A stretch of 64,000 nucleotides of DNA, from positions 384,001 through 448,000 of the forward strand of contig JANRKS010000002.1 in assembly GCA_033763315.1 (NCBI GenBank), given 5' to 3'. The translations under genes were made by a program, and so were the position numbers. Origin of the DNA: Deltaproteobacteria bacterium (GTDB lineage Bacteria > Myxococcota_A > Polyangia > Fen-1088). The notes under the pieces are model-generated. The model was not told the DNA's origin and made no database searches. It saw only the letters and a program-made list of their open reading frames with translations. Positions within the stretch are counted from its first letter, which is position 1, and the number at the start of each line of letters is the position of its first letter. Of the stretch, positions 28,992 to 36,798 are shown piece after piece.

Positions 28992-29969
28992 TTACGAGCA
29001 GCCGATGCGCTTGCTGCCGACGGCGACGTCGTCATACCAAGCGCGGCCCATTTGGCCGCTGAAATTCTGACCACCGATTTTCAGGAATTTATACGCAGGT
29101 GACCAGCCCGTGCGACCCTGCTTCCAGTCGCTCACGTTCATCGTGGCCTGTTCTTTGTCGTCGATCCACAGGTGAAACTGATGGTTCTTGCCATCAAAGT
29201 GAGCTTCGATGCAGTACCAGCGGCCCGCTTCGAGCACCACGCCGCCGGTGTCGCGCGGGATGTCGACGTCACCGTTCGAGAATTGCGTTTTCTCTCCGCC
29301 GCCGCTGCCCTTGTTGCCTGGGATCAAATTAACGTCGACGATGCCGTGGCTGGCCCCCAAGCGTAGCTCTTCGCCGGCGTCCGTTTCAGATTCAGCCCCT
29401 TCGATGAAATCCACGTGCCCGCCCATATCTTTGGTGGACTTTTCAAGCCGCATAAACACGCGCACAAAGAAGCTGTTGTCCACGGGAGGGAAGCCCATGG
29501 CGGCGATTAGATGTGACCCATAGCTTGCCGCCGTGACCGTTACGCTGTGGGGCGGGCTGTGGCTCTGGGTGGAAACGATCTTGTTGCGATCGTTTTGCCA
29601 CGCGGGTTGAGGCACCCAGAACGGCGCCGCGGGTTCGCTGTTGGCGGCCGCCTTGTCGAAATTGTCGCAGAACAACACACCTTGGCCCGTGCAGCCGCTC
29701 CCGCTGCCAGCGCCGCCCGCGTTGCTACCTCCCGTGCCCATACCGCCGGCGTTTGCGCCGCCCGTGTGGCTGTTGCCCCCGCTGGAGCCACCGTTGGCGT
29801 TGCCCGCGTTGCCGCCTTGGCCGCCACTGGCGACAGAGCCCGCGCCGCCACCACTGCCTCCTGAATAAGCGCCGCCATCTGACTTGGACGGGGGAGATGT
29901 GCCCGAGGCACAGGCGGCGGAGATAAGTATAAGAAGGCTGACGGTGGTGGGGCGCGTGACAAGCCGCAA
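28992..29969 (-). CDS. Lipoprotein with Gly-rich linker and Cip1-like/polysaccharide-lyase-like jelly-roll domain
   Basis: Lipobox SAAC; FCDNFD, FFVRVF, RWYCIE, WYDDVAVGSKRIGC. Confidence 0.65.
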   Translation of the reverse strand: MRLVTRPTTVSLLILISAACASGTSPPSKSDGGAYSGGSGGGAGSVASGGQGGNAGNANGGSSGGNSHTGGANAGGMGTGGSNAGGAGSGSGCTGQGVLFCDNFDKAAANSEPAAPFWVPQPAWQNDRNKIVSTQSHSPPHSVTVTAASYGSHLIAAMGFPPVDNSFFVRVFMRLEKSTKDMGGHVDFIEGAESETDAGEELRLGASHGIVDVNLIPGNKGSGGGEKTQFSNGDVDIPRDTGGVVLEAGRWYCIEAHFDGKNHQFHLWIDDKEQATMNVSDWKQGRTGWSPAYKFLKIGGQNFSGQMGRAWYDDVAVGSKRIGCS

Positions 29970-30079
29970 AGAGAAACCTCACCTTTACAACCCCAAGCCG
30001 CCCCAAGTTGAGAAATCGCGGCGCCGATCAATCGGGGGGCGTTGTTGGCGTGCCGAACCAATGGTCGTACACTCGCCGT

Positions 30080-31621
30080 ATGGTTCCCCAAGGAAGCGAC
30101 AGCTGCGCAATCGTGATCTTCGGTGCGTCTGGCGATCTCACAAAGCGAAAGCTGGTGCCCGCCCTGTTCGAGCTTTACTGCCAAGGCCATCTGCCGCACG
30201 GCTTCGCTGTGTTGGGCGTGGGCCGCACGGCGTATACCGATCAACAGTTTCAGCAAGCGCAGCGCGAGGCTCTGGTCACGTTCGCCAAACACGTGGGCAC
30301 CGATACCCAGCGCGACGCCTTCGTGGCCAAGCTGCACTACGAAAGCATCGACACCAGCCGCCGCGAGGAATACGCGCGCATTCGCACCCGCCTGTCGGGG
30401 CTGGACGAAACGGCCGGCACGGGCGGCAACTACTTGTTTTATTTGTCCACGCCGCCCGCCCTGGCCGTGCCGATCGTTTCGGGCCTGGGCGCTGAACACC
30501 TGCAGATCCCCTCACACCAAGGCTGCTGGCGCCGCCTCATCGTCGAAAAACCGTTTGGCACCGACCTGTCCTCCGCAACCGCTTTGAACGCGATGCTGCA
30601 GGCTGTGTTCAAGGAAGATCAAATCTTCCGCATCGATCACTATCTTGGCAAAGAGACGGTGCAAAACCTTCTCGTGTTTCGGTTTGCCAACGGCATCTTT
30701 GAGCCGCTGTGGAATCGCAACTATGTTGATTACGTCGAGGTCACCGCGGCCGAGAACATCGGCGTTGAAGATCGCGGTGGTTACTACGAGGGCAGCGGCG
30801 CCATGCGAGACATGGTGCAGAACCACCTGCTGCAAGTTGTGGGCATGATGGCCATGGAAGCGCCGTCGTCGTTCGACGCGCGCGCTGTGCGCAACGAAAC
30901 GCTCAAAGTGTTTCAGTCACTGCGGCCCATCACACCCGAAGAAGTTCATCTGCACACGATTCGTGGGCAATACACAGAGTCCAAGATCCGAGGCACGGCT
31001 GTGCCCGGGTACCGGCAGGAGAAGGGCGTGGATCCGGAATCACGCACAGAAACCTACGCCGCTGTGAGGTTCTATATCGACAACTGGCGGTGGGGCGGGG
31101 TTCCCTTCATCTTGCGCTCAGGTAAGCGGTTGCCCACCCGTGTTTCGGAGGTCGTGGTGCACTTTAAGCCCACGCCTCACCGCATCTTCGGCTCGATGAA
31201 CAGCGACGGAGGTTCCACGGCCAACTCGCTCATCATTCGCATTCAGCCCGACGAGGGCGTGGTGTTGAAGTTCGGCCTTAAGCGGCCGGGCTCAGGTTTC
31301 GAGGCGCGCAGCGTGGCAATGGACTTTCACTATTCCGACCTTTCGGACGTGCGGTTGCCTGAGGCTTACGAACGTTTGCTCCTGGACTGCATCCACGGCG
31401 ACGCCACGCTGTTCACGCGCGGTGACGCCGTGGAAGCGTGCTGGCAATTCGTGGATCCGATTCTGGAGGGGTGGAAGAACAACCCCGAATCCAAGGTTTA
31501 TGGCTACCCCGCGGGAACGTGGGGCCCGCCCGAAGCCGATAGGTTGCTGGGCGCTGACGGGCGCGCGTGGCGTCAACCGTGCAAGACCCTTTCAGAAAAC
31601 ACTGATTACTGCGAACTTTAA
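30080..31621 (+). CDS. zwf: Glucose-6-phosphate 1-dehydrogenase
   Basis: IFGASGDL, EKPFG, RIDHYLGKE, RDMVQNH, RWGGVPF. Confidence 0.98.
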   Translation: MVPQGSDSCAIVIFGASGDLTKRKLVPALFELYCQGHLPHGFAVLGVGRTAYTDQQFQQAQREALVTFAKHVGTDTQRDAFVAKLHYESIDTSRREEYARIRTRLSGLDETAGTGGNYLFYLSTPPALAVPIVSGLGAEHLQIPSHQGCWRRLIVEKPFGTDLSSATALNAMLQAVFKEDQIFRIDHYLGKETVQNLLVFRFANGIFEPLWNRNYVDYVEVTAAENIGVEDRGGYYEGSGAMRDMVQNHLLQVVGMMAMEAPSSFDARAVRNETLKVFQSLRPITPEEVHLHTIRGQYTESKIRGTAVPGYRQEKGVDPESRTETYAAVRFYIDNWRWGGVPFILRSGKRLPTRVSEVVVHFKPTPHRIFGSMNSDGGSTANSLIIRIQPDEGVVLKFGLKRPGSGFEARSVAMDFHYSDLSDVRLPEAYERLLLDCIHGDATLFTRGDAVEACWQFVDPILEGWKNNPESKVYGYPAGTWGPPEADRLLGADGRAWRQPCKTLSENTDYCEL

Positions 31622-31731
31622 GGTGTGCTTGGGCGCACCATTGGCGCGCCGCGCGTTTTACGGCTGATTTACTATGTGCCTTTCACGCCTGTGGCAGCAT
31701 CTTATAGGTACGTTTCTTTCAAGGAGATCAC

Positions 31732-31962
31732 ATGAAGACCCTCAATGTTCTGGGATTGGCGGCGGCGCTTTTGGTGGGCCCGTCGTTGTTTGTTGGCGCT
31801 GCTCAGGCCTGTGACGGCAAGGCTAAAAAGTCCTTGTCTTCTGAAACCGCCTGCGATGGCAAAGGCAAGAAGTCGTTCTCCGACTCCGTGTCCTGCGATG
31901 GCAAAGGCAAGAAGTCTCTCTCTGACGAGCTTAGCTGCGACGGCAAAGTGAAAAAGAGCTGA
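31732..31962 (+). CDS. Small secreted peptide made of four CDGKxKKS repeats
   Basis: AAGGAG RBS, signal peptide ending AQA, four cores on a 14-aa (42-bp) period, downstream terminator. Confidence 0.85.
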   Translation: MKTLNVLGLAAALLVGPSLFVGAAQACDGKAKKSLSSETACDGKGKKSFSDSVSCDGKGKKSLSDELSCDGKVKKS

Positions 31963-31995
31963 CCTCGTAGCTTGCGCTTCGTTGTTTGCTGATGG

Positions 31996-32028
31996 GGGCT
32001 GTGCTTCGTTGCGCGGCCCTTTTCTTTT
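31996..32028 (+). terminator. Intrinsic terminator
   Basis: GGGCTGTGC-ttcgtt-GCGCGGCCC stem (with GU pairs) followed by TTTTCTTTT. Confidence 0.7.
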
Positions 32029-32061
32029 GGGCATCGTGAGCCCATGCAGTAGCGTTGGTGG

Positions 32062-32271
32062 ATGAATCGATCTTCGGAGGCTCAACGCTGCCCGCTTTGT
32101 GAGCAAGCCAACGCGTGTGCGGTGGCCGCGGGGCGCGAGCCAGGGTCGTGTTGGTGCATGAGCGCGATGGCCGCACCGGGCGTCAAAGAGCGATTGGCTG
32201 CGACACCCGATCGGTGTGCCTGCCAACGCTGCTTCACCTCCGTGGCGCCAAGCGAGGTAGAGGCTACCTAA
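32062..32271 (+). CDS. Cysteine-rich CWC family protein
   Basis: CPLCEQANAC...CWC...CACQRC. Confidence 0.85.
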   Translation: MNRSSEAQRCPLCEQANACAVAAGREPGSCWCMSAMAAPGVKERLAATPDRCACQRCFTSVAPSEVEAT

Positions 32272-32749
32272 TTGGGCCGATGCCGAAATCGAGGCCGCTT
32301 TGGTCTCGGCGCACCTGTATAAGGCGCGCGTTGCCGGGATCGCTAAACGGCAACACAGTGCTGCCGTCATAATAGCCGCCCAGATCGCCTGAGCCGATTG
32401 TGCCGTCGCCATTGAGATCCACGCCCACAAAAAAACTGAACGCGTCGCCTGAGGCCAGCTGCTTTACCCGCCAAGACACACTACTGGTGTCGGCCGGTGC
32501 GGGCGCTTGGACCACTTCGTCAAAGACGCCGAGCGCGGAGGGGCGACCCACGGTGATGCCCAAGAACGCCTGTGCCCCCTTGGGTATCACAGTGGCGCTG
32601 CGCACGGTGCCCGTGACGGTGAGATAGCCCATGCGGTTTGGATCGCGGGGCGCCAGCGTCAAAGCCAGTTCGTCTGAAGTGGCGCCGCCTCCACAGGTGG
32701 CGGTGAACGTGGCGAACAACAGCAGGCAGCGCAAAACAGCCGTGGGCAT
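32264..32749 (-). CDS. Hypothetical lipoprotein with an EF-hand-like DxNxDG loop
   Basis: MPTAVLRCLLLFATFTATC signal; DLNGDGTIGSGD. The extension to 33160 is a shadow of the GH6 gene. Confidence 0.65.
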   Translation of the reverse strand: MPTAVLRCLLLFATFTATCGGGATSDELALTLAPRDPNRMGYLTVTGTVRSATVIPKGAQAFLGITVGRPSALGVFDEVVQAPAPADTSSVSWRVKQLASGDAFSFFVGVDLNGDGTIGSGDLGGYYDGSTVLPFSDPGNARLIQVRRDQSGLDFGIGPIR

Positions 32750-32828
32750 GATCACGCAGTTTACAACCTGCGTTGCGTTGTGGCGGTCCGTGTTTCCCGA
32801 TTCGGTGTGGCCTGCCGTTGATACGTTG

Positions 32829-33872
32829 ATGCAAATCCGCTCGCCCTCAAAACGTTTGTTGTGGATGGCCGCTTGCGCTCTGGTCGCAGCCCCCGGATGC
32901 CTTGGCAAGAAGACCGGCGCGGCCCCGGGGGTGCAATTGGTGCCCGACGACAACGCAAAGGCACCCACCGACAATCCCTTTGTCGGCGCCAAATATTGGA
33001 TCGATCCCGACAACGTCCCGAAAGGGTTGGCCCGGCGCTGGCGCAGCGATCGACCCGATGATGCGGCCTTGATGGACAAGCTGGCGGCGCAACCGTCGGC
33101 GATGTGGGTGGGGGATTGGGTGCCCGAAGTGGAGGGCTGGGTGATGCGCCAAACGCGCAAGCACGCCCGGGGCGGTTTCTTGCCGGTGTTCGTAGCCTAT
33201 AACATCCCCAAGCGCGACTGCGGCCAGTATTCCAAAGGCGGCGCGGACGCTGCCCCCGCTTATAAGGATTGGATTGCCAAGTTCGCGCGCGGCATCGGCA
33301 ATCGCAAAGCCGTGGTGATTCTTGAGCCCGACGCTTTGCCGCTGATGGACAAGTGTTTGGACGCCAACGACCAAAAGGAACGCTTGGCCTTGATCAGGTG
33401 GGCTGTGGGTGTGTTCGCTGGCCTCGGCAACACGTATGTGTATCTGGATGCGGGACACTCCGATTGGGTGCCTGCAGATGAAATGGCCAAGCGCCTGATG
33501 CAAGCGGGTGTGGATCACGCCACCGGATTCGCGTTGAACGTTTCTAACTACAAGAGCAACGAAGATCTCATAGCGTTTGGCTCCAAAATTTCAGGTGCCA
33601 CAGGCGGCAAGCCTTTCATCATCGATACCAGCCGCAATGGCAACGGCCCACCCGAAGCCACGGGCGACACCGAAGCCTCGTGGTGCAACCCGCGCGGCCG
33701 CGCGATCGGGTCGTCCCCCACAACGGAAACGGGCAACCCGTTGGTGCACGCGTTCTTCTGGATCAAAAAGCCGGGCGAATCAGACGGCGAGTGCAATGGT
33801 GGGCCCAAGGCCGGCCAGTGGTGGACGGAGATCGCACTTGAACTGGCGAAAGGCCCTGCGGCCAAGCCGTAA
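32829..33872 (+). CDS. Glycoside hydrolase family 6 (cellulase) lipoprotein
   Basis: YNIPKRDC, ILEPDAL, YLDAGHSDW, NVSNY, IDTSRNG, WCNP, KPGESDG; lipobox APGC. Confidence 0.93.
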   Translation: MQIRSPSKRLLWMAACALVAAPGCLGKKTGAAPGVQLVPDDNAKAPTDNPFVGAKYWIDPDNVPKGLARRWRSDRPDDAALMDKLAAQPSAMWVGDWVPEVEGWVMRQTRKHARGGFLPVFVAYNIPKRDCGQYSKGGADAAPAYKDWIAKFARGIGNRKAVVILEPDALPLMDKCLDANDQKERLALIRWAVGVFAGLGNTYVYLDAGHSDWVPADEMAKRLMQAGVDHATGFALNVSNYKSNEDLIAFGSKISGATGGKPFIIDTSRNGNGPPEATGDTEASWCNPRGRAIGSSPTTETGNPLVHAFFWIKKPGESDGECNGGPKAGQWWTEIALELAKGPAAKP

Positions 33873-33922
33873 AGCGCCTTGCGACGGGGGCGGGCGACGC
33901 GCTTGCTATACTGCGCCGCCTC

Positions 33923-34939
33923 GTGAGTGTTTTGCAGAGCCTTGGCTGGGGCCCGTTCTTTCAGTCGCAGATCAAAGTGCCGTTGCCGACGGGCGCGGAA
34001 GTGGCGCGCGTTGTGGAAGAGCAGAAGCGATATCATTTCGTTGCCACCGAACGCGGAGCGCTGTTGGCGCGCATCAATGGCAAACTTCGCCACGGCGCCG
34101 GTAGCCGCGCGCATTTACCATCCGTGGGCGATTTCGTGATCGTGCAGCCGCGCCACGAGGATGGCACCGCCACCATCACGCAGGTGTTGGAGCGGCGCTC
34201 AAAGTTGTCACGCAAAGAGCCTGGCACCGAAGACGAACAAGTCCTGTGCGCGAACGTTGACGTGGCGTTTGTGGTGCAAGGCCTCGATGGTGAGCCGAAC
34301 CTGCGCCGCCTCGAACGTTTCTTGGCCACCGCGGCGCGCGGCAACGTGAAAGCCGTGGTGGTTCTGACAAAAGCGGATTTGCGCACGCCGGATGATGTGC
34401 GTGCGCTTGTGGGTCAAGTGCAAGCGCTGGCGCCTTGCACCCCGGTGTTGGCGGTCAACGCACCGAATGCCGTGGGCCTGGACGACGTACGCACGCACTT
34501 GGGGCCGGGTGTGAGCGCCGTGGTGGTGGGGCCTTCAGGCGCGGGAAAATCAACGCTCTTGAACCATCTGGCTGGTCAGGATCTGCGCGCCGTTTCGCAA
34601 GTGAGGCAATGGGACAACAAGGGCCGGCACACCACCACCGCGCGCACTCTGTTCACGTTGGCCGATGGCACGCTGTTGATCGACACGCCGGGCATTCGCG
34701 AGATTGAACCTTGGGATGCCGCCCCGGGCTTGGACGAGGTGTTCGATGACATCAAACGCCTGTCAGCCGATTGCCGCTTCCGTGATTGCACACATCAAAA
34801 GGAACCTGGTTGCGTGGTGCGGGCCGCGGTAGATGCCGGTTCGCTGCCCCGCGATCGATACGAAGCGTTTATTAAGCTGCAAACCGAAGCGCGTTTGCAG
34901 CGCGAAAAACAATCGCCGTGGCTTAAGCCGCGCCGTTAA
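33923..34939 (+). CDS. rsgA: Ribosome small subunit-dependent GTPase A
   Basis: TKAD, GPSGAGKST, GRHTTT, DTPG, CRFRDCTHQKEPGC. Confidence 0.95.
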   Translation: MSVLQSLGWGPFFQSQIKVPLPTGAEVARVVEEQKRYHFVATERGALLARINGKLRHGAGSRAHLPSVGDFVIVQPRHEDGTATITQVLERRSKLSRKEPGTEDEQVLCANVDVAFVVQGLDGEPNLRRLERFLATAARGNVKAVVVLTKADLRTPDDVRALVGQVQALAPCTPVLAVNAPNAVGLDDVRTHLGPGVSAVVVGPSGAGKSTLLNHLAGQDLRAVSQVRQWDNKGRHTTTARTLFTLADGTLLIDTPGIREIEPWDAAPGLDEVFDDIKRLSADCRFRDCTHQKEPGCVVRAAVDAGSLPRDRYEAFIKLQTEARLQREKQSPWLKPRR

Positions 34940-36642
34940 AGCTTTCGGCCCGCGGTGGCGCGGTTGCCCCGAAACAAGCCGTCGTTGTCGCGATCCAAGA
35001 ATAAGGGGCTCGTGACCGCAAAGGCTGGCAATCCAGGCTCTTGCCCCGCTCGTGGTGGGCACTTGGGCGAGCCGTACTGAATGATTGCGTTGTATTCGCC
35101 GACGATCAACGGCGGCAACGGCAATTGGCTGTCAGTTTCAACGGTGACGAATGCATCTTCGTCGCCCAGGGCCAGCGACTCGTCAATTCTGAAATCGACG
35201 GCGCCACCGTTGCGAGGAATGGTCCACGTCTTTGCCACCGTTCCATTGACCAGCAGCCTCACAGTGTCCACGGTCACCCAGTTGGCGCCTTGCACACGAA
35301 TTGCAAGCGGCAGGGTTTGCGGCGCGTTCATCATGAAGTCACCTTCGACGAAAGCGCCGCTGCGAAGTGTGACGAGCGGCGCGTTCGAAGCGCTGGTGTG
35401 TCTGGCGCGGATCGCTTGGACCAAGAGTCCTGCGGAGAACCGCTTCAAGTTGTCGTCGCCCACGTTGATCCATGTGCGGGGATAGCCGGGCACCATCGCG
35501 GCTGTGTAATGTGAATCAGATCCGCCCACGGCCGCGGAGGTGAAGTTATATGATGCCAAGGCCAACCACGTCTCGGTGGCGTCGCGCATGCGCGTGCCAC
35601 ACGATTGCCAGCCGTTCAGCAATTCCGTGGCGTCGAAGTCTTGCGGACACGGTGGCGGTGCGGAAAAGTCGCGCTTGGCCCACGCACCACAGAAGCCTTC
35701 ATCGAAATACGCCTGCCACCCGAGGCGCGGGTGGTTAAGAACAACAATGGGTCGCCCCGGAATCGTGCGTAAATCCTGAAAGAACTGCGGCAGCGGCCAC
35801 GGGCGAACCACGGGCGCGCCCTTGCCCGGCTTCGCGGCGTCACGGACGATCGGAAAGAGTCCCCAGTGGGAATTCGTGCCTGATTTTTCTTCGCCGATCA
35901 CCGTCACCAAGGGCGCGGTGCCTTTCGGCCACAGCGACGCGACCACGGCGCCCAGGTCCGCGAGGGTGTCGTGATTGGCCCCGACTATGACGTCCAGTCC
36001 ATTCACCGCCGCCACCTTGAGTTGGCTGCCGCCCGTGGTGAATGCGTCAGGAGAATCAGGCGCCGCGTGCGTGTGCACGTCAGCGGACAGATATCCGGCA
36101 GAGTCGACGGTCCGCTTGAGCTCAACATCGAAGGCCACGTCGCCGCCTGCCGAAAGATCGGCTTGCAGCTCAACGGCGTCGTATTCCACGCCGCGCGAAA
36201 CTGTAATTTTGTAAAGCCCTGGCACGACTTGCGAGACGGTTTTCGCTGTGCCATTGACGTCCCGGTGTTCCCAAGGTTTGCCGGCGATGAATGTGCCTTC
36301 ACCTTTCCAAAGGGCCAGGCCGTGGCGAAAAGCGAACATGGCCTCGCCGCCCTTGCCTAGCTCAACCGCTGAGGCGCCTTGTGACCAGCCCGGCAGATCT
36401 GCAAAGTTGCCGAACGTCACGGGTTCTCCCGTGGCCGTGTGAAAGTTCACCAACGCTGGTATCAACTGCTTGGTGTCCGCGTCCCGCACGGTCAGTCGCA
36501 ACCGGCTTTGCGTCTTGTCCGCCGCATGCACGGTGGCGTCGCCCGAACATGACCCCTGCAAGCACGCCAATGCGGATACCCACAGCAGCGCCGCTGGGGC
36601 GAACACAAGCAAGGTCGCGAACACGGTTTGACGTTGTGTCAT
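34936..36642 (-). CDS. Exported PHP-fold metallohydrolase (CehA/McbA-like)
   Basis: SRGVEY, ADVHTH, ANHD, NHPR, ELLNG, GGSDSH, GYPRT; N-terminal signal. Confidence 0.8.
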   Translation of the reverse strand: MTQRQTVFATLLVFAPAALLWVSALACLQGSCSGDATVHAADKTQSRLRLTVRDADTKQLIPALVNFHTATGEPVTFGNFADLPGWSQGASAVELGKGGEAMFAFRHGLALWKGEGTFIAGKPWEHRDVNGTAKTVSQVVPGLYKITVSRGVEYDAVELQADLSAGGDVAFDVELKRTVDSAGYLSADVHTHAAPDSPDAFTTGGSQLKVAAVNGLDVIVGANHDTLADLGAVVASLWPKGTAPLVTVIGEEKSGTNSHWGLFPIVRDAAKPGKGAPVVRPWPLPQFFQDLRTIPGRPIVVLNHPRLGWQAYFDEGFCGAWAKRDFSAPPPCPQDFDATELLNGWQSCGTRMRDATETWLALASYNFTSAAVGGSDSHYTAAMVPGYPRTWINVGDDNLKRFSAGLLVQAIRARHTSASNAPLVTLRSGAFVEGDFMMNAPQTLPLAIRVQGANWVTVDTVRLLVNGTVAKTWTIPRNGGAVDFRIDESLALGDEDAFVTVETDSQLPLPPLIVGEYNAIIQYGSPKCPPRAGQEPGLPAFAVTSPLFLDRDNDGLFRGNRATAGRKL

Positions 36643-36798
36643 GAGGGGCCGAGGGGGCGCTTACAGGACCGACCCGCATGTTTTAGCAGAAGGCAAGGGC
36701 TGCCTGTTAACGTTGCGGTGACGTTTGCGTCCCTTTGCCCGAAACCTCACCGCGCTGGCGCGATGGATTCCAGCAAAAACCAAGGCTTACAGGGCGCC

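Noticed and set aside
31808-31962. CRISPR-like array from the 42-bp periodic repeats
   Set aside because: The repeats are in frame, vary at synonymous positions, lack unique spacers, and there are no cas genes.
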